Source of the DNA: Chiloscyllium plagiosum
Taxonomy: Eukaryota
Direction: 5' to 3'
Assembly: GCF_004010195.1 (NCBI RefSeq)
Contig: NC_057718.1
Location: 7,732,707 to 7,796,706, forward strand
Length of the DNA stretch: 64,000 nucleotides
This document shows, piece by piece, positions 23,096 to 35,374 of this stretch. The translations under genes were made by a program, and so were the position numbers. The notes beneath the pieces are model-generated. The model was not told the DNA's origin, searched no databases, and worked only from the letters and a program-made list of their open reading frames with translations. Positions within the stretch are counted from its first letter, which is position 1. Each line of letters begins with the position of its first letter.

Positions 23096-24954
23096 GCTAA
23101 AGAAGGCAATTTGAAAGGGGACTACAGGGACCCAGACAATTGGGAATCTATGGATGTATATCTTTGAAGGCAACAGGACCAGTTGAGAAGATGGTTTGAT
23201 GATCAGATGGGATCCTGAGGATTATATGGAGTGCTATAGAGTACAGAAGCAAGGAAGCTATGTTAAACAACCATAGGATACTGGTTAGGCCTCGGCTTGA
23301 GCATTGTATTCTGTTGTGGGCACTCGGGGGCAGTGGTGTAGTGGTAATGTCACTGGGCATGCAATCCAGAACTACAGGCTAATGCATGGACTTCAAGTCC
23401 CACCATGGCCAATGCTGAAATCTGAGCTTAATTTAAATAACGATGGAATTGAAAACTAGCCTAATGCCACAGTTGATCTTGTTACTGATGTCCTTTATGG
23501 AAGGAAATCTGCCATCCTTATCTGGTCTGGCCGACATGTGACTCCTGACTTGCAGCAACGTGGTTGACTTTCAACTGCCCATTGATCAATTTGGGATAGA
23601 CAATAAGGCTAGAATGCGGGTGGGGGTGTTCAGAAGAAATGACTGATCTTGCCCTTGTAGGGAGTGGAGGTGGTGGGTGGTTTTGTAAAGTGCTGTCAGA
23701 AGACTCTTGGTGTGTCTTGGAAATGGTGCACACTGATGCCCATGGAGAAGACCCTTTACAACCTGAGCCACAGTTTCCAAAGGCTTTAATCATTTGTCCA
23801 AAGATGTGTAGCTTAGGTCAATTGGCCATGCTAAATTGTCCCATAGTGTTCATGGATATGCAGGCTGGGTGGATTAGCCATAGGGAAATGTGGGGTTAGA
23901 GGGGTAGGGTAGGGAATGGGATGCACTTTGGAAGATGGATTTCAATGGGCTGAATGATCTCTTCTGAACTATAGGGATTCCATGATTTGACAAGTCCTCA
24001 TTATCCTTATTTGTGTATCAAAACTTAAGTGTTTTCGACATGAATCTCCCTGCGGTGGCCAATTGACCAACAATACACGTGATCTGACAGGGAGTGTCAT
24101 GGAGTCAGTGTTCCTATTGACGGCAGTCCAGAAAACGACCCCTGGCGTTTCCGCATTAGCAGACTTGGATAAAATGAATCATCTTCAGACTTGCAGCGAT
24201 TCAGGTGATTCTTTTGAGAAAGAGGGTGGAGTTCAGGAATGCAGACGTGCATCTTATCAATCTGGTACTGTCTTGATCATGTGGTCTATAGTACAACAGG
24301 GAAGTGGTTGTAAAGACTGGTGACAAATGGAGACTTCAGAGAGATGGTAATTCCTATCGCTCCAATGTCCAATTTAATATCGTAGCCACCCTCGTTAAGT
24401 TGAAACCTAGGCCTGATAATGAACTGTGGCCATCTTTGTTGTCACTACTAACAGGGATTCCAGGGCAGCTCAACAATTTGATTCCCATTCAAACACCACC
24501 TAGAAATTGTATAAACTAGTCAGTAGAAATGTTTGTATTGTTAGCTCAGGCGTAGACGTCTTGCCTGCCATAGGGGATTCCCAGCCAATCATGGTACTCC
24601 TTTCCATCCCTTCTTGAATACATGTGACAATAAATGATTCAATTCAGTTGAAGTGACCGATAAGCAGTCAGACTGGAAACAAACTCCTTATGGCTTTACC
24701 AGGGACAGAGAGTGGCATGGAATTGAAGTCACTGGCCTAATAATCCACAAAACCAGGCGCTAATCCTCTGGGGATATGCATTCAGAAAATACCATGCTAA
24801 CTGGTGGAATTTGAATGCAATGTATTCATAAATCTGGAAATAAAAGCCAGTCTTGAAAACTATACATTTATTATAAAGAAGCTATTGTCCTTTCGGAAAA
24901 GATGTTTAGCCTCCGACATGAGACTTCAAACAAAATCTTAACTCTAACCCCAAC

Positions 24955-25830
24955 AAAGGGGTTGGTTGATAGTGACGGAGAAGGTCTTAGGATACAGGAG
25001 GATGCATATGGATGGGTCAGGAGACAGTGAGGACTGCAGATACTGGAGACCAGATTCCAAATGACCATGGATGGGTCAGATGGGCAGACCAGTGGCAGAT
25101 GGAATTTAACTCTGATAAATGTGAGGCATTGCACTTTGGAAAAGGAACAAGACAAGGGTGAACTGAATGACTGAGGTTAGTTAAGAAGGCACACAGGAAT
25201 TTTGCCTATATTAGCTGAGGCATGGATTGAAAAAGCAGGGAGGTTATATTGGAGCTGTACAGAATTTTGGTTAAAGCTGGAATACTGTGTGCAGTTCTGG
25301 TCACTACATGATAGGAAGGGAGTGAGGACCTGCATCAGAATGTTGACTGGGTTGGAGCATTTTAGCATTTGGAGAGAGGCTGGAAAAGCTCAGGTTGTTT
25401 TCTTTGCAGCAGAGAAGGTTGCGAGAGTACCTGATGAATTGTATAAGATTATGAGGGACATAGACACGGTGTTTAGGAAACAGCTGTTTCCCTTAGTCAA
25501 AGGAATAATAATAGGGGGGCTTAATTATAAGATGAAAGGCAGAAGGTTCAGAGGGAATTTGAAGGAAGACTTTTTTCACCCAGAGGTTGATGAGGAGTTT
25601 GGAAATCGCTGGGAGAGTATTGGTGGTGAGAAACCTCACCACCTTTAAAATTAAACCTGTTGGACTATAACCTGGTGTTGTGTGAGTTTCAACTTTGTAC
25701 ACCTTTAAAAAGTACTTGGATGAGTACTTGATGTGTCAAAACATACAAGGCAATGGACCTAGTGTGGGAAAGTGTGACGAGTGCCAATTAGTCAGTGCAG
25801 ACCTGATGGGCTGAATAACCTCTTCTATCC
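24955..25830 (+). mobile_element. Degenerate CR1 LINE 3' portion
   Basis: WQMEFN, LEYCVQFWS and downstream CR1 motifs. Confidence 0.75.
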
Positions 25831-28048
25831 AGTCTGATTGCCTGCCTCTGCAATGACCACTTGTATATCAGGGTAACTAATAAATGGGACAATAGATCCC
25901 CCAGTGACACTGATGCCTGAGGAATGAATAGAAATCAGGGAATGAGAAATAGAAAGGGTTGGAAATATTCAGTGGGACCAGTGGATCCTATTGGGAAATG
26001 GACAGAGTTAATGTTTATCTGAGGTGACTCTTCTCTGGAGTTGGATAAAAGCCAGCTGTCTGAATGGAACCTGCTGTCTTCTGTTAGAGAGTGAGGTAGT
26101 TCAGTTAAGTCATCGACTCAGATAGCACAGATGCGATGTGCCAAATGGCTCGCTCTGTGCTATATAACTCTTGTGAAATAAATTTACATACATAAGCTAC
26201 TACTTAATCCGACAATAAACTTTATGCTTTGCCAAACTCTCTTGGGTAAGATCACGTGAATATATGAGCTGCAGAGAAGTGGTGATACAATAATGATCTC
26301 AGCTCTGCATTTGGTACTCCGATCACATTAGAAGGTGGGGGTCAGTTATGGCCATCATAACTGGTGTGCCAGTGATCTGCCCACTTAGATTCTCCTCTGA
26401 GCTATCACAAAGTTTTTTTTTAAATCCTTGCTTTCTTCAGCTTGAACTTTTTATTGCAGCTACTCACTGGAGAATAAAGGAAAATAATAGTTCTACTCAC
26501 CGTCTTTATCCTAAGTTTGAGAAGAGAACCCTTCAGGAGTTGCCAAGGAGTCAAGTGGGTTATTTCCAATATCAACTGCTGATCACCAATGCGTTAAAAC
26601 CTGATTACTATATAGAATCACAGGCCCTTCAAACCATTGTGCCTGCACTGGCTGGCTGAATGCGCACTTCACCCAATTGCAATTCCCCTCACCTTCTCGT
26701 TGCACATTGTCCCCTTTCATCCCACTGTCAGGCTTTCCTCTCCAAACCAGAACATCTTGCAGCATGAAAAAATATTTCCTCACATCGTTTTTTTTCCCTT
26801 CTGCCAATTACTTTAAACCTCCCATTCTCAAACCTTTTACAAGTGGGAATGGTTTCTCCCAATCTACCTTTGTGGATTTTGAACACTTCAATCAGATCCC
26901 CTGTCAGCCTTCATATCTCCAAGGTTGACAGTCCCAGCATCTCCAGTCAGTCTTTACAAATGAAATTCCGCCTCCCTGAAAGACTCTCGTAAACCTCTTC
27001 TGCCCTCTCTCCAAAGCCATCACCTCCTTCCTGATGAGAGCTGCCTTACACTGTACACGATATTCTAGCTGAGCTCCAACTAGTGTCTTGTACAAGTTCA
27101 TCATTACCTCCTTGCTCCTGTATGCTAAGCCCTTATTAACAAATAGTTAAGTCAAAAGTCTTACGGCGCCAGGTTATAGTCCAACAGGTTTATTTGAAAT
27201 GAGCAACAGCCCATCGATCCTCACAGCAACCACCATCTGAACAAATGAACATCTCGTTCTCAAAGAAATCTCCAAAGGCACTATCTATCAAAAGGTACCT
27301 TTTCCCATTAAAGCAGTAAAAAGTAGGAAGAAGACCCAGGAAGACTACAGCAGAATCAGAAGGACAAAAGGGAGTAACAGATTCAGAAGACGGGAAGGGA
27401 GACAGCATAAGAGACAATGTGAACTCGAGGTTAAGTTAATTAAATGTTTAATAATTGTGTTATTGGAGCAGCATTTTTATAGAGTTGAGATCAGTCAGTA
27501 ATTAGCTAAGAAAAAGGGGGCTTGGATTTGTTACTAGTTTTTGTTTAGTGTTCACTGTTACAGTTAGGAAAATAAATTGTTATTTTTCTTGAAATGGTAG
27601 AAACTAGGAATTCTCTTTCACTCATTCACACTTTTAGCAGATTGCCAGGCGAGCTTTTCTGGGTGTTTGCTTTTAATTAAAATTTCAAATAAACCGTTTG
27701 GACTAGTGTCATGTGACTTCTGACTTTGTCCATCCCAGTCCAACATTGGTACATCCACATCGTAATAAATAATAGAATGCTTTATTTACAGTTCTCACAA
27801 CCAACCCTGCCACCTTCAATGACCTACGTCCACATATACCCTGGTTCCTGTTCTCCTGCTCCCTTAGAATGGAGCCTTTATTGAATATTGTCTTTTCGTG
27901 CTCTCACCAAAATGAATCCCCTCACATTTCTCCATTGAACTTCATCCACGCCCACCTTCCAGCCCCTCCCCTCCCCCCCACACACACTTGTCTATGCCCT
28001 TTTGAGGTTCAGTGTTGTCTTCCTCAAAGTTTACAACTCTGGAGAGTT

Positions 28049-28267
28049 AGGTAAAAACAATGACTGCAGATGCTGGGAACCAGATTTTGGATTAGTGGTG
28101 CTGGGAGAGCACAGCAGTTCAGGCAGCATCCCAGGAGCAGTAAAATTCGACGTTTCGGGCAAAAGCCCTTCATCAGGAATAAAGGCAGAGAGCCTGAAGC
28201 ATGGAGAGCCACTGCTCCTGGGATGCTGCCTGAACTGCTGTGCTCTTCCAGCACCACTAATCCAAAA
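28049..28267 (-). mobile_element. Young family A Penelope-type element with inverted arm
   Basis: TSD TCTGGAGAGTT (28038-28048, 28268-28278); arms 28080-28141 and 28211-28272 are near-perfect inverted copies. Confidence 0.85.
28146..28180 (-). ncRNA. Minimal type I hammerhead ribozyme motif (family A), intact
   Basis: AUUC-CUGAUGA-A-GGGC(UUUU)GCCC-GAAAC-GUC|GAAU: 4-bp stem I, 4-bp stem II, palindromic ACGU in place of a stem III loop. Confidence 0.8.
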
Positions 28268-28479
28268 TCTGGAGAGTTGCACCTTGGTGTTAGTCTCACA
28301 GGTTTTGACTTGTCCACAAATTTGGAAAGCGTGCCCCGTACTTGAAGCTTTAGGTCATAAAGAAAGACAGTTGGGATTACTTGCCATGGTGTTATGGGTT
28401 TGTTTTCAGTTCACGATCAACAGTTCATTAAATGCCTACATTTGGACAGGTACATCGGCATTAGGTTCTTTAAGGCAAC

Positions 28480-29030
28480 GGCATAGAGTCCTACAGCATT
28501 GGGACAGGCCCGTTTGACCAAACTGGTCTATGCCGATCAAAACATCCATCCACACAAACTCCATTTCCCTGCACTTGGCCTGTATCCTTCTAAATCTTTC
28601 CTATCCATGTATTTGTCCGAATGCCATTTAAATGTTGTTAATGTACCCACCTCAACCACTTCCAATGGCAGCACATTCCATACGTGTACCATCCTGTGTG
28701 CACAAAAGTTGCCCCTCAGGTTCCCTTTTATTCTTTCCCCTGTACCTCCATCCCCCAAGGCCCCCTCCCATTTATCTCTCATCCCCCTTGGGCCACCCCC
28801 TCATTCCTGAAGAGCTTATGCTTGAAACGTCGATTCTCCTGTTCCTCGGATGCTGCCTGACCTGCTGTGCTTTTCCAGCACCACTCTCTTTGAATCCGAT
28901 CTCCAGCATCTGCAGTCCTCACTTTCTCCCCCGCCTTAAACTGATGCCCTCTTGTCTTCAATTCCCCATTCCTGGGGAAAACATTATACAAGTCTGTAAG
29001 ATCCCGCTCAGTCTCCTACACTCTGAAGAT
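28480..29030 (-). mobile_element. CR1 LINE 3' end, interrupted by a + strand family A element (~28740-28930)
   Basis: ORF 28537-28782 NFCAHRMVHVWNVLP; family A tail with degenerate hammerhead at 28807-28831. Confidence 0.75.
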
Positions 29031-29033
29031 AAA

Positions 29034-31130
29034 TATTCTGGGTGTGGTTTTGCTCGCTGAGCTGAAAGGTTCACTTCCAGATGTTTTGTCACCCTACTAA
29101 GTAACATCTTCAGTGGGCCTCTGGGTGAAGCACTGCTGATGATATCTGCTTTCTATTTATATGTTTGGGTTTCTTTGGGTTGGTGATGTCATTTCCTGTG
29201 GTGATAGCATTTCCTGTTTTTCTCAGGGGGTGGTAGATGGGGTCTAGCACGATGTGTTTGTTGATAGAGTTCTGGTTGGAATGCCATGCTTCTAGGAATT
29301 CTCGTGCGTGTCTCTGTTTGGCTTGTCCTAGAATGGATGTGTTGTCCCAGTCGAATTGGTATCCTTCGTCATCCATATATAGGGATACTAGTGAGAGAGG
29401 GTCATATTGTTTTGTGGCTAGTTGATGTTCATGTATCCTGGTGGCTAGTTTTCTAGACTTTGATGGTCTTTAGGAATTCTGGGGTGGAGTGGATGGAGTG
29501 GTGTGAGTCAATGACTAAGTGTTTTAGTCTTTAGCGTAGCTCCTTGGCCAGTCTGCAAGTTGGTGTTCCAGGTAGCGCGACTATGGGTCTGAGGGAGGCT
29601 CCTGGTTTGTGAATTTTGGGTAATCTGTAGAAGCGTAGTGTGTTGGATCCACCTGGTTTCATCTTTTGGAAGTCAGTCTTATTTATTTCTCCAGATTTCT
29701 GAAGGTTTTTGAATAGGGCTGTGATTCAGTTCTCCAGTTGTGGGGTTGGGTCTATCGCCACCTGTTGGTAAGTGTTGGTATCTGTAGGTAGTGCGTTCGC
29801 TTTTTCAATGTCGTCTCCTCGATTTAGAATGACTGTCAAGCGACCTTCGTCTGCAGGCAGGATAACATGTTTTTATTTCTTTTTAGTCTTTCCAATGCTT
29901 TCCTTTCTTGTGTATTAAGGGTGTTTCCTTCCTTTTTTCTACTTAATGTTGGTGCGACTACCTGTCTGGTGGTTTGCTGGGTTTGCTGTGAGTTGGTCGT
30001 CTTTCAGTGTTGTTTCTAATGCTGCAAAGAAATCTTTCTTGTCCACATCCTGGCAGTTGTAATTTAATCCTCTTACTAAGACGGCTTTTTCAGTGTCCGT
30101 TAAGGGTCGGTCAGATAAGATTTTTTTATCCATGCTTCTGTGTTGTCATTGTTGTTACTTTGTGTAAGTTTGTCTAGTTTTTTCTGCAGGTCTAGTTTTT
30201 CTCATTTTCTGTGTTTGTCGCTGTCTAATATCTATGGCTTGTTGTACTGTGTCTGTCTATTCATGGTCTGTTGCCATGAGTGAGTAAAAGATTTTTGTTG
30301 TAAAATTTCCCAGTTGTATTTACGGAGTTTGTTGTGGGGCATCGTTAATCATTTCTCTAGGCATTCTGCGGCCGTTTTGCTCTGATATTCTTTTGGCTAG
30401 TGGGGTGTTAAGGGGAGGTTTGTATTGAAAACATTTAGGTAGTACCTGTTTCCTTAGGCATTCGTGCAGGAGGTACAGCTGTTCGTGGGTGGCACTCTGT
30501 CAGATAGCATCTCGGAAATGACTGCCAGACTATTCAGACCCTTTAGCATCATGGTAGCCCATAAACCCACCAACACACTAAAACAGCAGCTAATGAACTT
30601 GAAAGACCCTATACAGACAACAAGCAAAATTAATGTCATTTACAAAATACTGTGCAAAAACTATAACAAACACTACATTGGACAAACAGGCAGAAAACTA
30701 GCCACCAGGACACATGAACATCAACTAGCCACAAAATGACATGACCCTCTGTCAATAGTATCCTTACATATGGATAAGGAAGGACACCACTTCGACTGGG
30801 ACAACACATCAATCCTCGGACAAGCCAAACAGAGACATGCACGAGGATTCCTAGAATCATGGCATTCCAACCAAAACTCTATCAACAAACACATTGTGTT
30901 AGACTCCATCTACCACCCCCTGAGAAAAAGAACAGGAAATGACCTCACCAACCCAAAGAAACCCAAACATATAAATAGAAAGCAGAAATCATTAGCAGTG
31001 CTTCGCCCAGAGGCTCATTGAAGATGTTACCTAGTAGGGTGATGAAACGTCTGGAAATGAACCTTCCAGCTCAGCGAGCAAAGCTCCATCCAGAAACTCA
31101 ACCTGAGCTACAAATCTTCTCAAACTCTCA
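29034..31130. mobile_element. Penelope-like element (Poseidon/Penelope type), internally deleted, with inverted 3' segment
   Basis: Minus 29454-30470: N-terminus (LSDRPLTDTEKAVLVRGLNY) and RT start (FYRLPKIHKPGASLRPI). Plus 30475-31021: GIY-YIG endonuclease (NVIYKILC...HYIGQTGRKLATRTHEH...FDWDNTSIL...EAWHS). Its 3' part is repeated inverted at 29036-29453. Short TSD aagataaa. Confidence 0.9.
31016..31053 (+). ncRNA. Hammerhead motif in the PLE terminal repeat (family D), C3-to-U variant; mirror copy at 29080-29113 (-)
   Basis: (U/C)UGAAGA-U-GUUACC(UAGUAG)GGUGA(U/C)-GAAAC-GUC|UG. The two copies carry different lesions, so their consensus is intact. Confidence 0.7.
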
Positions 31131-34100
31131 AAGATAAAAGTCCTAACTTTATGCCACAGTTTTTGCTTCCAAGTCTAGAATGCTGTTGGTTCAAGATGCA
31201 GTCTTATAACTTTCAGACTTAACCTGTCATGCTTTGGGGCAGTGTTTTTCCTTTAATTCTCAAGGGGGACATGTGCATCACCCATTGTCTTTGAAAGGAT
31301 TGACTCTTGGGGACTGTTTCAGAGGGCAACTGAGAACCAATCCCATTCTTGTGGGTCTGAAGGAATGGATATCATCCTACATGGAGCGTTGGTGAACCAG
31401 ATTGGTATTACACCTGCAGTTGGCATGAGGCAAAATTCTAATTCCAGATTTTTAATGATTAATTCAAGTTTCACCATCAGTTATGGAAGGATTCAAAACA
31501 TTGTCCCAAAACATCAAACAGGGTTTTTTGTTTACTCATCCAGTGACGTTGCCATGATAGAACTGCCAGTGGCGATTCTCTCCTGTGCGTGAGCTATCAT
31601 AGTGATGTGTTTGGTCAAGATGATACTAAAACGTCTTATGGTACTATTTTGGAGAAGATCAAGGCGGTTTTCCTTAGGTATCCTGCCCAAAATGTATCAC
31701 TCATCCAGCATCACTGGGTCAAAATCCTCAAATTCCCTCCCAAAGGGGATTGTGGATGAACCTACAGCACATGGAGTGTAGCGGTTCAAGGAGGCAGCTC
31801 ACCCCCACCTGGTGGTGAGGGCAACTAGGGACAGGCAATAAATGCTGGGCCCAGCCAGTGATGCTCACATCCAATGCGAGAATAAACAAATAAAATCGCA
31901 AGTGTCAAATTGCTATTAGCAGAGGAACTTGCTTTGTCCAGTTTGGGTCTCTGTTACCCGGTACAACAGTTGCTATCCAGCCTTGGAATGTTGGGAATGG
32001 AACTCAACATCATCAGAGTCACACCATAACTCATAATGTTAACTCGGTTTCTCTCTCTCTCTCTCTCGACAGATGCTGCCAGACCTGCTGAGTTTCTGCA
32101 ACACTTTCTGTGTTGTTTCTCCTTCCTCATTTAGACTGGAATGCTCCGCTGTCAGCCATTTGGAACTGAAATCTTCCAGGGGAGAAGTCATCAATATTTC
32201 ACCAGCCAAGCACATGTGCGGGCTGGTAGAGACCAGGCTGCCAAGTTTCCTCAGCTAAGTGTTAACTTACCTGGCACGAGAAGAGTCAAAATTGACTAAG
32301 TTTCTCATTGTCGAAGCTTCAACTCAATCTTACTCTTTGCTCTGAGTGAGACCAGCATGAAACAACACACTAGCAGCTGTGTGGGAGGTGGGATTTCAGG
32401 GCAAAGGTGGGGGGGGGGGGGGGGGTCAAGCAAATCTGGGAACACTGCCCAGAAACACCTCCACACAAAATTCCCAGCATGCACAAGGTACATCGGCCTA
32501 TCTACTCAGGCTCACTGCAGTTACCAGCTACAGGATACTAACAGCCAAAAGAAAGGGAAAGTCGGTCAGTTACAACATTAGAACCAGGAGCAGGAGGAGG
32601 CCATTCAGCCGCTCGGTCCTGCTGTGTCATTCAATATGATGGTGGCTGATCACATCTCAATCTCAATTCCATTTTCCTGCCCGTTCCCCATAACCCTGCA
32701 CCCATTACGAATTAACAATCCGTCTACTTCCTCCTTTAAGTTGATTAATGTTCAAGCGTGCACTGTACTCCACCGAATCACGACCCTTTGAGAGAAGTAA
32801 TCTCTCCTCATCTCAGTTTTAAATCTACCTCCCTTTACTCTAACGCCACGACCTCTCGTTCTAGATTGACCCACAGGGAGTAGCATCCTTTCTCGATCTG
32901 CTTTATCACGACTTTATCAATCCCCTTTGGCATCAGTTGACCACAATGGCACGGAGGCAGAAGTGGGTACTGCAGATTAGTGTCAAGATTAGAGCGGTGC
33001 TGGAAAAGCACAGCAGGTCAGGCAGCATCCGAGGAGCAGGAGAGTCAACATGTTGGGCAAAAGCCCTTCATCAGGAGTTGTACTGAATTGCACACAATGG
33101 TACTGAACCATCCCCATCCTCCTTGAGTGGTACAACAAACGGAGCTCGTCCACCCATTTAAAAAACTATGGTCAGGCCATGAGCATGTTTTGGTGGGCAG
33201 CTCAGAAACCAGTGAATTACCCTCAGGGAGTTACGCAGCTCAAGTCCCAATATTCCCCTTTCCATAGCCCAACCGCACTAAGACTAACACTCTCCCTCGC
33301 CCCACACCCAGCTTAGATTGGCCACAAGAAAATGTTATTCTAACGCCAATATTTGACATTATGGTAGAAAGAATAACAAATGTCTGGCTAGCGGATTCAG
33401 ACCGTAATTCAGTCTCTGTAGGCTTGTTTGCATTCATAAACTGAATTGAATGATGTGATTGAATTTTTACCCTGTAGTTAGACCCTGCTGGCTGACTAGT
33501 GTGTCTATATTATGTACACAGTGCTTCGAATTAACTGCTCTGAGAGGGAGCTTCAAGTCAGTGGTTTATTACCATGCTGTTTATCTAAATACTGGCTGGT
33601 GGTCTCGTGGTTAAGTATTGGATTGAGTAAGCTTGAGAGATGGACACTCAGTCCAGTGCATTGTGAATTCAAACTAACGCTCAAAGAAGCTGAGTTCAGT
33701 TTTAAAACCTGGCCTTGCTCTAGGCAACTGTGAAACTGATTCATGCGTAACTCAATGGGGGGGGGTGGAAATCTGACATCCTTGCACAGCGTGAGCTTGC
33801 CAGCGTGTCTGACCAGAGACAATGTGCTGTTCCTACTCAACAGGTCTGACAGCATCTGCAAAGGGAGAAAATAGGCAGAGGAAAGTGTTTTGTATTGAAT
33901 GTGACTTCCCCAGAGCTGAAGGGAGATGGAAGTTTGGAAGTAGGGTCGCTGGACCCGAAACACGTACTCTGCTTTCTCTCTCCACAGATGCTGCCAGACC
34001 TGCTGAGTTTCTCCAGCGATTTCTGTTCTTGTTGGAGATAGAGGTTTGGTGGGCTTTATCCTCTGAGAAGGTGGGGCAAGACGAGTGAGGCAGAGATGAG

Positions 34101-34654
34101 GTGGAGGGTTGCAGAGACTGGATGCCAGAGATGTTGGAGTGGGCCTTCGGAATCTCATGCTAACTCCAATGGACATCGCAAGAAGCTTGCATCAAATCCA
34201 GTAGGAAAAAGAAAAGGAAGGCACATGAAATATTGGCCTTAATTGCAGAGGGAATGGTGTATTAAAGTTTCAAAGACCACAGCTGCAATACAGTGAAGAG
34301 TTTTGATTCTCTTATTTAAGGAAAGATATCCTGGCATCAGTGCCCATCCATAGAAGGTACTGTCTTTCAGGTGAGATGTTCAATTTCTCACTGAACTCTT
34401 CAGTGCACGTGAAGATCCCAAAGCACTATTTCAAAGAGAGCCTGGGAAGAATTTCTTGATGTGTGGGTCAATATTTATTCCTCAGCCAACATCTCACAGT
34501 ACTTAATTTGATCGTTAGCACATTGGGTGCTCTGAGTCAATCAATTTCCACATTCTCTGCAACTGCTGAGGAGCACTTTGCGATAGTCAATCGTGCTGAA
34601 ATCTGTCTGTTAGCACCAGCAGCAGTTCGGAGCACAACCTTATCAATACAGTGC

Positions 34655-34854
34655 GGGGCGGTACAGCAGCTCAGTGGTTAGCCCTACTGCCTCCCAGTGC
34701 CAGAGAACTGGGTTCGATTCCAGCCTCTGGCGGCTGTCTGTGTGGAGTTGGCACATTCTCCCCGTGTCAGTGTGGGTTTCCTCCGGGTGCTCCAGTTTCG
34801 TCCTATAGACCAAAGATGTGCAGGTTAGGTGAATTGGCCATGCTAATTTGCCCA
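34655..34854 (+). mobile_element. HE1 SINE 5' part
   Basis: ggggcggtacagcagctcagtggttagc head, truncated by LTR sequence. Confidence 0.8.
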
Positions 34855-35295
34855 TGTTACAACTTGGTGGTGAACCCTTCTGTTAATTGAACCAAATAAC
34901 CAGAAAAGTTCACCTGGCCTTGTAATCTGTTAAAATATGAGTGACAGAGAACTCCCAAACTCCATTATTTAAAGAAAATAACATCAATTTATTCTTTAAC
35001 TCTAAAAGTGAATATTAAACAGCAACCATTCACAACTCTAAGTTCCCCTTTCTCTTAACTACGTACTATCAGCATACAACTCTCTAATAATATACTGTTC
35101 CAATAAAACACTTATTAAAATTACATTGACTCAATTTCAAAAACATACAATGGCTGTCGTCTTCGGTGTCTGTCTTCTTTCGGCTGAAGATCTCCCTGGG
35201 TAATCTTTTGTTTACCATGAAGATATTTCATATGAAAAGGTACTTTTGATAGAGAGTGTTTTAATGTCTTGGGTCTCTCTCTCGATGGCAGTTAT
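34855..35295 (-). mobile_element. Partial Gypsy-type LTR
   Basis: Begins TGTTAC; similar to 50881-51598, 43184-43750 and 27200-27680 (shared tatcaaaggtacc block). Confidence 0.6.
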
Positions 35296-35374
35296 TTATG
35301 CCCGAAACGTCGACTCTCCTCCTTGGATGCTGCCTGACTGCTGTGCTTTTCCAGCACCACACCCTTCGACTCTT

